IMG/VR virus record: IMGVR_UViG_2974727065_000001
Coordinates: 1-64,000 of that record
Length of the DNA stretch: 64,000 bases
Origin: a virus
Lineage: Duplodnaviria; Caudoviricetes
Strand: one strand, 5' to 3'
Positions 56,162-64,000 of the stretch are shown piece after piece (position 1 is the stretch's first letter; every line of letters starts with the position of its first letter). A program made the position numbers and the translations under genes. The notes under the pieces were generated by a model. That model was not told where the DNA came from and did not search any database. It saw only the letters and a program-made list of their open reading frames with translations.

Positions 56162-57859
56162 ATGACAAACGAAACTTTCTACTGGAATAACGAAGACACG
56201 AAACGTTTTACTGGCGGTGATTACCTGCGCCACGGTGAAACTCTCGAACAACGAGCACGAGCGATTGCTGATCGCTTGGAAGAAATCACAGGTATCCCCG
56301 GTATCGGTGATCAATTCTATGCTATGTTGGCAAAGAACTGGTTCTCCCTCTCAAGCCCTGTTTGGGCTAACTTTGGTCGTTCTGGTCTGCCAATCAGTTG
56401 CAACAACAGCTACATACCGGATGACATCGCTGGTATGGCGTCCAAGCTTGCAGAAGTCTGGATGATGACCAAACATGGCGCTGGTACTTCTGGCTACTTC
56501 GGAGACATCCGACCTTCGGGTTCTCCAATCGGAGACGATGAAGGAAAAGCGGATGGTCCAGTCCACTTCATGCGACCCTTTGACAACGCTATCGATGTTG
56601 TATCTCAAGGTCAGGTTCGCCGTGGTAACTTCGCTGCTTACCTTCCTCTGAATCATCCTGACATTGATGACTTCCTTGAAGCACGAGAGGAAGGTCATCC
56701 TGTCCAACTCCTGTCCTTGGGTGTTACCGTCACTGACGAGTGGCTTGAGGAAATGGTTGCGGGTGACACTCGTAAACGAAAGATCTGGGCAAGGGTTCTT
56801 CGGAAACGCTTTGAGTCCGGCTTCCCTTACATCGTGTTCCACGACAACATGAACAATGCTGCACCTGAAGTCTACAAGCTGAAAGGTATGGTGATCAATG
56901 GATCGAACCTTTGTTCTGAGATTGCTCTGGCTTCGTCCATGAGGGAAAGCTTTGTATGTGACCTTGGCTCGATGAACCTTGAGAAGTACGATGAGTGGAA
57001 AGATACCAGCGCAGTCTACCTGTACACCATCTTCCTTGATGCCGTGATGAGCGAATACATCGAAAAGGTAAAAGACATTCCTCACATGGAAGCTGCCTAC
57101 AACTTCGCTAAGAACCAACGTGCTCTTGGTGTTGGTGTTCTTGGTTATCACTCCTACCTTCAGAAGAACATGATCCCGTTCGAATCTGAAGAGGCCCGTG
57201 CTATCAATATTGAAATGCACAAACACATCTGGGAAGAGACACAGCGAGCAAGCCGTGATATGGCAAAGCTCTGGGGTGAACCTGAACTGATGAAAGGTAC
57301 AGGTCTCCGTAACGTGACTACGATGGCTATCGCTCCTACCAAGAGTTCCAGCTTCATTCATGGTCAGGTTTCTCCTTCGATCGAACCTTGGCACAGCAAC
57401 TACTTCACTCAGGTCTCGGCTAAAGGGAAGTTCACTGTCAAGAACAAGTGGCTAGAGGCTCTGATCGATAAGAAGGTTCAGTTGGAAGCTGGTTGTGTTG
57501 ATGACTACGAATACCAAGAAACCATCCGTGGTATCTGGGAGCGTATCCTGAAAGATAACGGTTCGGTTCAGAACCTTGAATTCCTTTCGGATCACGAGAA
57601 GGCTGTCTTCAAGACCTTTGGGGAACTGTCTCAACGTGAGATTATCGATCAAGCTGCTGATCGTCAACCTTACATCGACCAAGCCCAATCCCTGAACGTG
57701 ATGATCCATCCAAAGACTCCTGTGAAGGATGTCAATGCGTTGTATCTTCATGCTTGGAAGCGAGGCATCAAGTCGCTCTACTACCAGAAGGGTCAGAACA
57801 TGGCCCAAGAGGCTGTTCGTAATATTATGCAAGTTGATTGCGCGGCTTGCGAAGCCTAA
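56162..57859 (+). CDS. nrdA: ribonucleotide reductase class I alpha subunit (short, no ATP cone evident)
   Basis: SLSSPVWAN, PISC, RRGNFAAY, GSNLCSEI, AIAPTKSSS, KSLYY, C-terminal CAACE. Confidence 0.95.
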   Translation: MTNETFYWNNEDTKRFTGGDYLRHGETLEQRARAIADRLEEITGIPGIGDQFYAMLAKNWFSLSSPVWANFGRSGLPISCNNSYIPDDIAGMASKLAEVWMMTKHGAGTSGYFGDIRPSGSPIGDDEGKADGPVHFMRPFDNAIDVVSQGQVRRGNFAAYLPLNHPDIDDFLEAREEGHPVQLLSLGVTVTDEWLEEMVAGDTRKRKIWARVLRKRFESGFPYIVFHDNMNNAAPEVYKLKGMVINGSNLCSEIALASSMRESFVCDLGSMNLEKYDEWKDTSAVYLYTIFLDAVMSEYIEKVKDIPHMEAAYNFAKNQRALGVGVLGYHSYLQKNMIPFESEEARAINIEMHKHIWEETQRASRDMAKLWGEPELMKGTGLRNVTTMAIAPTKSSSFIHGQVSPSIEPWHSNYFTQVSAKGKFTVKNKWLEALIDKKVQLEAGCVDDYEYQETIRGIWERILKDNGSVQNLEFLSDHEKAVFKTFGELSQREIIDQAADRQPYIDQAQSLNVMIHPKTPVKDVNALYLHAWKRGIKSLYYQKGQNMAQEAVRNIMQVDCAACEA

Positions 57860-57867
57860 GAGAATTC

Positions 57868-57892
57868 TGCTCACCCTGTGATGGGGTGGGCA
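57868..57892 (+). terminator. hairpin after nrdA
   Basis: TGCTCACCC...GGGTGGGCA, no U-tract. Confidence 0.4.
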
Positions 57893-57924
57893 ACCTTACC
57901 AAACATGTAACCAAAGGAAAACAC

Positions 57925-58494
57925 ATGTACGCTACTCACGTCCCTATCATTGCAATGAATGCAAAAGATGACTCTGACTACTTTCTGTCAGTTATCGAGT
58001 TTGTGATGGCAACGATCCGACGACCGTTCTATCTTGTGAAACCCGGTGTGAAATTCTCAAAGGTGCAAGAGAACGGCTTGAATCACGCCTGTGACTACCT
58101 CGACATGTTCCACACCTGTACCTTCGATGACAGACTCTCTTTGGAAGACAAGATCAAGATCCTGATGCAGATCGATGGTCTGAACATCCCCAAAGCTTCC
58201 TTCGTGTTGCAGTTGACAGGCCATGAGATCGGCTGTATCGATACTCACAATGCTACTATCATGGGTGTAGACTCTGATGCGCTGGTTATGAGGAAGACCG
58301 CTAAGAAGTACAACCCAGAAAAGATCTGGCGTTACATCGGCATGTGTCAGTCAACTCAGATGGGCGGCTCACAGAAGATGTGGGACTCGTGGTGTGATTT
58401 TATACACCAGAAATACCCAAAACGTTTCGATAGCGGGCATACTGTATCGCGCTATCACGTTGAAGCAATCAACGCTTTCTTTGAAAGGAAATGA
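57925..58494 (+). CDS. putative HhH-type DNA glycosylase-like protein
   Basis: IDGLNIPKASFVLQL.G..IGCIDTHN resembles the HhH Lys and Asp of Ogg-type glycosylases. Confidence 0.5.
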   Translation: MYATHVPIIAMNAKDDSDYFLSVIEFVMATIRRPFYLVKPGVKFSKVQENGLNHACDYLDMFHTCTFDDRLSLEDKIKILMQIDGLNIPKASFVLQLTGHEIGCIDTHNATIMGVDSDALVMRKTAKKYNPEKIWRYIGMCQSTQMGGSQKMWDSWCDFIHQKYPKRFDSGHTVSRYHVEAINAFFERK

Positions 58495-58835
58495 GAATGA
58501 ACAAGAAACTAAAAAAGTACCTACCCATGTTCCTCTGGAACTTCTATGTGTGCATGGTGATCAAAGAGCTACGTGGGCCAAGTATGAAGTTTTACGCTGC
58601 CGCTTGGACCTACTATCTGAGTATCGTAGTAAGCTTCCCTCTCTGGATCTGGGGTGTGCTGTTCTCTTTGATCCACATCATATCAGAGGCTATCATGGAC
58701 GCTTACGAGAAGTACGTTCTCGGCTATCCCATGCGACCTGTGATCCTACTGAGAAAACGTGCAGAAAGACTTAGAGCGAAATCTTTCCGTGTTCTGAAAC
58801 CTGAAGAAATCCGTAAACGTTTGGAGCTTGAATAA
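58491..58835 (+). CDS. membrane protein
   Basis: ATGA coupling; hydrophobic segment. Confidence 0.5.
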   Translation: MRMNKKLKKYLPMFLWNFYVCMVIKELRGPSMKFYAAAWTYYLSIVVSFPLWIWGVLFSLIHIISEAIMDAYEKYVLGYPMRPVILLRKRAERLRAKSFRVLKPEEIRKRLELE

Positions 58836-59043
58836 CATGCAAATCGTAGCAGATAACACCTACCGCCCTACTACTTCCTATGTCAAGTGCATTGGCGCGG
58901 AGACTCAGTTCTACAAGACCGGACAACGCTACAAGGTCTTCAAAAAGGAAGGTGATGAAAAAGGTCGATACGTCCAAGGTTCTGACGGGATCTTCGATCG
59001 GATCGGTATGACTGTTTCCAAATTCAAAGCAGAGGAGAAGTGA
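58828..59043 (+). CDS. hypothetical protein
   Basis: ORF track. Confidence 0.5.
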   Translation: MNNMQIVADNTYRPTTSYVKCIGAETQFYKTGQRYKVFKKEGDEKGRYVQGSDGIFDRIGMTVSKFKAEEK

Positions 59044-59273
59044 GAGTGCATATCGTTATGAACAACTGTGATGTAGTGATGCGTTATGAAACCAAAGGTG
59101 ACGAGGGTGAAATCGTCGCTCGTCGTATCGACGTGGGAGACCCTGAACCAGATCAAGAACTGATACAGATTACTGAGTCAGCTTACGAACTCTGGATAGG
59201 GTGCGTTAAAGCGGGGGAAACCATTCTGGGCCTCGCTGACTGGTACAACGAAAACAAAGAAACATTGGAGTAA
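59040..59273 (+). CDS. hypothetical protein
   Basis: GAGGAG RBS, GTG start. Confidence 0.5.
   Translation: MRVHIVMNNCDVVMRYETKGDEGEIVARRIDVGDPEPDQELIQITESAYELWIGCVKAGETILGLADWYNENKETLE
59196..59217 (+). promoter_or_regulatory. phage RNAP promoter (intragenic)
   Basis: ATAGGGTGCGTTAAAGCGGGGG. Confidence 0.8.
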
Positions 59274-59280
59274 AGAAAGA

Positions 59281-59700
59281 ATGGCTGCACCTAAGAAAGC
59301 AACCGCAACCCCTGCCAAACGGCGTAAGAAAGTCCTGAAACGGGTTCCTGAAGAGATCGTGAAAGATGCTGCGGTCAGTCTGGGACGCCGGAATGTGAGC
59401 ATTCTGGTTTTCGGTCTGGATGAGTTCAATGAAATGTTCCTTCATCAGTTCATGAAGAACTTGAACAACCGTCTTCGGTTCAGTGCCTTCGATAATAACG
59501 TTGCAAGTCGGATGACGGCAACTATCGGACGTTACCAACACTCCCTTGGTCGAGCAGAGTTCATCAACCCTCAATCAGTGTTCCAAGCAGGTTGGGCTGA
59601 CGTGATTGTCTTTGGCACCGAGGAAAGCTTCGAGCTGTATTCAGAAGGCAAGAAACTACAAGATCTCTACAAAGAGATTGTCGTGTTGGAGAAGTTCTGA
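59281..59700 (+). CDS. hypothetical protein (Rossmann-like alternation)
   Basis: ORF after promoter; SILVFGLD, ADVIVFGT. Confidence 0.55.
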   Translation: MAAPKKATATPAKRRKKVLKRVPEEIVKDAAVSLGRRNVSILVFGLDEFNEMFLHQFMKNLNNRLRFSAFDNNVASRMTATIGRYQHSLGRAEFINPQSVFQAGWADVIVFGTEESFELYSEGKKLQDLYKEIVVLEKF

Positions 59701-59921
59701 TGCAAGACGGTTATGATGAGGTATTCCACCTACAAGGAAATACTGAAGGTGAGTACCTTATGATCAAGGTGACAGGAACAGAAATGTCTCCGGAGAATGA
59801 CTTGTTCTTCTCAGACATCATGCACGTTGAATACAAAGGTCAACCCTACACGATCCATTGGGATGACTATGATGCTTGTTATGCAGGAAGGGTAGATGGG
59901 AAATATGGATACGTATACTGA
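59700..59921 (+). CDS. hypothetical protein
   Basis: TGATG coupling. Confidence 0.5.
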   Translation: MQDGYDEVFHLQGNTEGEYLMIKVTGTEMSPENDLFFSDIMHVEYKGQPYTIHWDDYDACYAGRVDGKYGYVY

Positions 59922-60195
59922 CGGACTTGTGATGATCTCTCGCCGGGAAGGTTGCCCTCACTGTGAGAGTATGAAGATTCATCTTGAGAATGCGGGGTTG
60001 AAACCCCAAGTGGTGTTCTCAGACAACATTCGTGAGCTTTTCGTCGCGAAACATCAAACAGTACCTCAACTGTACTTCCGAGGTGAACTTGTTGGAGACG
60101 CAGCAGCGATCCGGTTGGCACATCAGCTTGGAGGTGATGACGGGGTTCGTCGTAAAGCACTGAAGGAAGATAAGGATGAGTATGGTCTTTTCTGA
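59896..60195 (+). CDS. glutaredoxin
   Basis: CPHC, TVPQLY, LVGD. Confidence 0.88.
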   Translation: MGNMDTYTDGLVMISRREGCPHCESMKIHLENAGLKPQVVFSDNIRELFVAKHQTVPQLYFRGELVGDAAAIRLAHQLGGDDGVRRKALKEDKDEYGLF

Positions 60196-60394
60196 GATCG
60201 GTTGGGATTCTGTTGACTTCAAGAATTGGGAGGCTCTTTATAAGGGTCTCCTTTTTAACATCAAAGAGGATTGGGTCTACGGATACTACTCCCTTTACAT
60301 CAACGAAGAGTTCTACGGTGACTTCACCGATATGAACCAAGCAAAAGAACACGCACGTATTTATGCAGAGGAGCATGGCGCAAATGAAGACTGA
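60176..60394 (+). CDS. hypothetical protein
   Basis: ORF track. Confidence 0.45.
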   Translation: MSMVFSEIGWDSVDFKNWEALYKGLLFNIKEDWVYGYYSLYINEEFYGDFTDMNQAKEHARIYAEEHGANED

Positions 60395-60998
60395 ACAACA
60401 ACCGATCATCATCACCATTGACGAAGAACTGGTGGAAACCTACAACCGCACCTTCCAGTATGAGGAGATTGAACCTTACAAGAACCTTGCTGGTGTCAAC
60501 TTCGCCTTCGAACACGAGAAGGGTCTGAACCTGAGTGGTGTCGGCTACATTCGTTTCTCGGATGGTACAGTGAGCGTCCGCAATCCTAACACAGACGAGC
60601 ACACCCGTGTCCCTATGTCTGAATGCACGATCATGCCTCGTGATAAGAAATCTCGTCGTCACATGGCCGCTGCTGACTTCTGGAAAGAAAACCTGACTGT
60701 CGGCTCTATCATCAAAGAATGGGGTAAGTCTGAGTTCCATGCGATGGTTATGGGGATCGACGGTAACAACTTCCACTGGATTGAAGTGAACTCGAAGGCG
60801 CTCAAAGAAGGTCAAATCTCCTTCCACGGTTCTGCCTCGATTTCTGGTATCGGGAAGATCGAAACGGCTCTGATCGGAGAACTCTCTTGGGGTGCTCGTA
60901 TGCAGAACACTGTTTCAGACATTCCGGTGGTCTACGAAGAGGATGGTGTTATCACTGATGAAGATGGAAATGAAATCATTGAAGGAGAAGTCGAATGA
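60384..60998 (+). CDS. hypothetical protein
   Basis: GAGGAG RBS. Confidence 0.55.
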   Translation: MKTEQQPIIITIDEELVETYNRTFQYEEIEPYKNLAGVNFAFEHEKGLNLSGVGYIRFSDGTVSVRNPNTDEHTRVPMSECTIMPRDKKSRRHMAAADFWKENLTVGSIIKEWGKSEFHAMVMGIDGNNFHWIEVNSKALKEGQISFHGSASISGIGKIETALIGELSWGARMQNTVSDIPVVYEEDGVITDEDGNEIIEGEVE

Positions 60999-61378
60999 AG
61001 GCTGTAGGAACTCTGGCGTCGTTCAACGCTCAAGTTGGTGAGATCTTTGACTACTACGGAGAAACCCGTTGGGAAGTACTTGAGGTGAATCCAGAAGGGA
61101 AGCTTGGTTATAAGATCAAGTGTCTCGATACCGGATTCATCAACCCATGCTACGCTGCTGATGGTGTCTTCTCTCGTGTTGAGAAGAAGGCTGAGAAGGT
61201 TATGATCGGATATATCGGTGTGGATGCGAAGGGTGATCCTGTACGGCCTGTTAAATCAGGTGGTTATATCGGACGCCCTGCAATGAAACTCCCACCACGC
61301 ATCTACACAACAAAGTCGAAAGCGATGCAGTACCACGGTGCTGTTTCTGTGAAACCTGTTTACATGGAGTGGCTATGA
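60995..61378 (+). CDS. hypothetical protein
   Basis: ATGA coupling. Confidence 0.55.
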   Translation: MKAVGTLASFNAQVGEIFDYYGETRWEVLEVNPEGKLGYKIKCLDTGFINPCYAADGVFSRVEKKAEKVMIGYIGVDAKGDPVRPVKSGGYIGRPAMKLPPRIYTTKSKAMQYHGAVSVKPVYMEWL

Positions 61379-61827
61379 AAGAAACACCGAAAGGCTTCAA
61401 GAGACTCAGTGATGGTGTTCTTCACTGGAATCCCGGCTGGGATCGTGTTAGCTACGATGATCCCGGTGAAGCTATCAAACAACATTGGGCAGGTGAGCTT
61501 CGGTTCGCCTGTAATGAACGAAACTTCAGTAACTATCGCTCTCATCCTTGTGGGAACACAGCAAAGTATGACCCTGATGAGAATGGGAATCTGACAAAGT
61601 GCGGCCATCATAGTGCTGCTGCTAAGGCTCGTAAGAAGAAGAAGCAAGAAGAACGGGATGCCGCTCGGAATGCTAAGTGGGACTACGCTCGTTCAGTCCG
61701 AGAACATCAACATCAACTAGAAGCGATTGTTCGTGAGATTGCTCTTGGTCACAATGACCCTCGAACTCTGTGTTCGGATTGGGTAAAACGTAAAGAAGAA
61801 CTCAAAGAGGAGAACCCTGAGAAATGA
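61375..61827 (+). CDS. hypothetical protein with Cys/His cluster
   Basis: FAC...HPC...CGHH; EIALGHNDPR. Confidence 0.55.
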   Translation: MKETPKGFKRLSDGVLHWNPGWDRVSYDDPGEAIKQHWAGELRFACNERNFSNYRSHPCGNTAKYDPDENGNLTKCGHHSAAAKARKKKKQEERDAARNAKWDYARSVREHQHQLEAIVREIALGHNDPRTLCSDWVKRKEELKEENPEK

Positions 61828-62012
61828 TGTATGCTGTAGGAATGGTTATCGGATTCATGTTTTGGATGGTGTGGTCTTTCATTGGACTCATCGCCTTGTT
61901 GAGCTACCTTGATGACTTCAAGAAAATGGAAGGTTGGGATCATATCTCCTTCTGGTTGTTTATGGTCCTTGGTGCTGGCTATACTGACTGGTACTTCGGA
62001 TGGGGGTCTTGA
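61824..62012 (+). CDS. small membrane protein
   Basis: Two hydrophobic segments, GAGGAG RBS. Confidence 0.55.
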   Translation: MMYAVGMVIGFMFWMVWSFIGLIALLSYLDDFKKMEGWDHISFWLFMVLGAGYTDWYFGWGS

Positions 62013-62202
62013 ACTGATGTGGGTAGAGAGTTTTATCCAGCACGTTGAGGATCTGGCCAAAGATAAGTCCAATGTGGTCCTATTAAAGTTCTACGCATGT
62101 GGACAAGAACAAACGATCGCACTTCAACCTGATATGGTTGAGCGCACTGAAGAGGGTGATGTGATCATCCTCGCTGACTTTAACTGAACAAAAGGAAAGA
62201 AA

Positions 62203-62691
62203 ATGTCTGTAGCAAACCAGTGGGATAGCACAACTCGTGGACCTCAGATGGCGGCTCCTGAAGGGATGACCATCTTCAAGTATCGTCTTGATACACAGCA
62301 GCCTGTGTTGAACCTCCCTCGTTATGCGAAGATCATTCGTTGTGAGAAGGATGAAACAGGAGATTGGATCTGGGCTATCGTAGATATTCGTGAGACCCAG
62401 ACAGAGGCGCGGTACTTCGAGCGTCATCGTATCCCTGCTCTCGAAGACTTCAAGGTCTTCATGAACGGTGACTACGACAAGATTCTGAGCATCCAGCACT
62501 ACGAAGGGTTCACCTACATGTGGATCGAAACGGATGAGTCGGTTGAGAACCGTGGGTTCATTCCTTTCAAGGCTTTCAAGACAGGTGCTCAAATGCCGGA
62601 CAACATCTTGGATGAGTATGAGTATGTCGGGTTCTACCCTATCTTCATTCAGATGGAACTCGGTCTGTATGTTTTCAAGGGGTACGAATGA
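62203..62691 (+). CDS. hypothetical protein with internal duplicated beta domain
   Basis: AKIIRC...IWAIVD...E.RYF and DKILSIQ...MWIETD...RGFIPF. Confidence 0.55.
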   Translation: MSVANQWDSTTRGPQMAAPEGMTIFKYRLDTQQPVLNLPRYAKIIRCEKDETGDWIWAIVDIRETQTEARYFERHRIPALEDFKVFMNGDYDKILSIQHYEGFTYMWIETDESVENRGFIPFKAFKTGAQMPDNILDEYEYVGFYPIFIQMELGLYVFKGYE

Positions 62692-62854
62692 TGTCGGAGA
62701 AGCTTTATCATAGCTCAAACAAAGACATCTTGGTCTTGATCCAAAAGACTGCGGTCTCAATGAAGGAACAAGACTTACGAGAGATTGAACTGTCTGTAAC
62801 AGATACAGGTGGCTCCTACACCAACTTCAAACTCGAACTGAGGATCAAACGCTA

Positions 62855-63037
62855 ATGAACAAGACCTACCTGATTTACGAAATGGGTCAAGAAGACCCCA
62901 TCGCAGTCTGTGCAACAAAGATGCTCGCTCACGAGTTCATCGATGAGTACAACAAAGACGGTGACAAAGATGTCTGGTATGACACGGTCTCCGTCATCCA
63001 ATACAAAGACGATGCAGTTTGGAAGGAAGCCCTGTAA
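62855..63037 (+). CDS. hypothetical protein
   Basis: GAGGA RBS. Confidence 0.5.
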   Translation: MNKTYLIYEMGQEDPIAVCATKMLAHEFIDEYNKDGDKDVWYDTVSVIQYKDDAVWKEAL

Positions 63038-63429
63038 TGCAAATCTACATCAACAGCCTGTTCCAACGTTTCACCTACACCCGTGACGTGAAGCACCTTA
63101 TCGACAACTGGAAGTACCCGAAGAAGGGATTCGATCGGGTCTTTGGTGACTGTGAGGACTTCTCACTTCAACTGTTGTATGACCTCGCTGGTCAAAGCAA
63201 CTGGCGTTTCTGGTGGTACCTGATCAGTTTCCAAGCAGTGATCTGGCATGTGACGTCCTACAACGGGAATGGTCATGCAGTTCTCTGGTTCCGTGGTAAG
63301 TGGGCTGACAACATGGAACGCACTTGGTACACTACCGATATAATGCGGCATACGCGCAGGTTCCCTTACCTGTTCCCTCTGGTCGCTCTGAAACTCATTA
63401 TGGCAAGGATTGTACATGGGAAGTCGTAA
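63037..63429 (+). CDS. transglutaminase-like cysteine protease-fold protein
   Basis: GDCEDFS...GHAVLW...WADN catalytic triad pattern. Confidence 0.7.
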   Translation: MQIYINSLFQRFTYTRDVKHLIDNWKYPKKGFDRVFGDCEDFSLQLLYDLAGQSNWRFWWYLISFQAVIWHVTSYNGNGHAVLWFRGKWADNMERTWYTTDIMRHTRRFPYLFPLVALKLIMARIVHGKS

Positions 63430-63976
63430 CTATTGGGTGATCTCAGACACCCACTTTGGTCATGAAAACATCTTGACCTTCAAAGACTCTGTTGGGAAAC
63501 CCCAACGTCCATTCAAAACTGTGGAGGAAATGAATGAATACATGGTTGATCGCTGGAACTCAGTTGTGGCTCCGGGAGATTATGTTTACCACCTTGGTGA
63601 CGTCTTCTTTGGTCCAAAGGAAGATTTCTCGCTGGTATGGTCTCGACTGAAAGGCAAGAAGAGGCTGATCGTAGGGAACCACGATGACATCCCTTGGTTG
63701 GTCACTAACCGAGACAAGAACAATACGAAGTTCTTCCAGAAAATCGCTCTGTGGAGAATGTTGAAAGATTTCAATGCTCTCCTGACTCACGTTCCGGTTG
63801 ACCCTTCAACTGTTCGAGAGAAACGCTTCGAAGGTGTCCGTATGCTTAATGTACACGGGCATATTCATTCAAATCCGTCACCTACTTGGGACCACTACTG
63901 CGTATCGGTTGAGCAGATCAACTACACACCGATGAACCTCGAAGACATCCGCGATATTGCAAAGTACAGGAGCTAA
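63416..63976 (+). CDS. calcineurin-like metallophosphoesterase
   Basis: ISDTHFGH, HLGDV, GNHD, LTHVP, NVHGHIH. Confidence 0.92.
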   Translation: MGSRNYWVISDTHFGHENILTFKDSVGKPQRPFKTVEEMNEYMVDRWNSVVAPGDYVYHLGDVFFGPKEDFSLVWSRLKGKKRLIVGNHDDIPWLVTNRDKNNTKFFQKIALWRMLKDFNALLTHVPVDPSTVREKRFEGVRMLNVHGHIHSNPSPTWDHYCVSVEQINYTPMNLEDIRDIAKYRS

Positions 63977-64000
63977 CGCTATGACCACCATCACCAACGA

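Overview
The window is ~64 kb of a lytic long-tailed (siphovirus-like) dsDNA phage genome with all credible genes on the + strand. The host is probably a Gram-negative proteobacterium, which I cannot establish from sequence alone. Modules in order: end of a middle region (1-2.2 kb); packaging (terS, and terL split by a group I intron carrying an Endonuclease-VII-like homing endonuclease); phoH; tail-tip/fibre genes; lysis; portal; two tRNAs; head and tail genes; tape measure (to 35.7 kb); early/host-takeover genes (35.8-42.3 kb); a T7-like RNA polymerase; T7-like replication and nucleotide-metabolism genes (SSB, PolA, exonuclease, primase-helicase, NrdAB, glutaredoxin, dCMP deaminase). The most striking system is a two-polymerase transcription set-up. 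A ~1460-aa protein in the head module fuses a MuF (Phage_Mu_F/SPP1 gp7-like) minor head domain to a second T7-family single-subunit RNA polymerase, making it a candidate capsid-packaged virion RNAP. Two distinct conserved promoter-like motifs match this: a 32-bp repeat opening the early region, and 13 copies of an SP6-like ATAGGNNNCGTTAAA(G) motif in middle and late regions. All family calls come from motif recognition by eye; no database searches were run.
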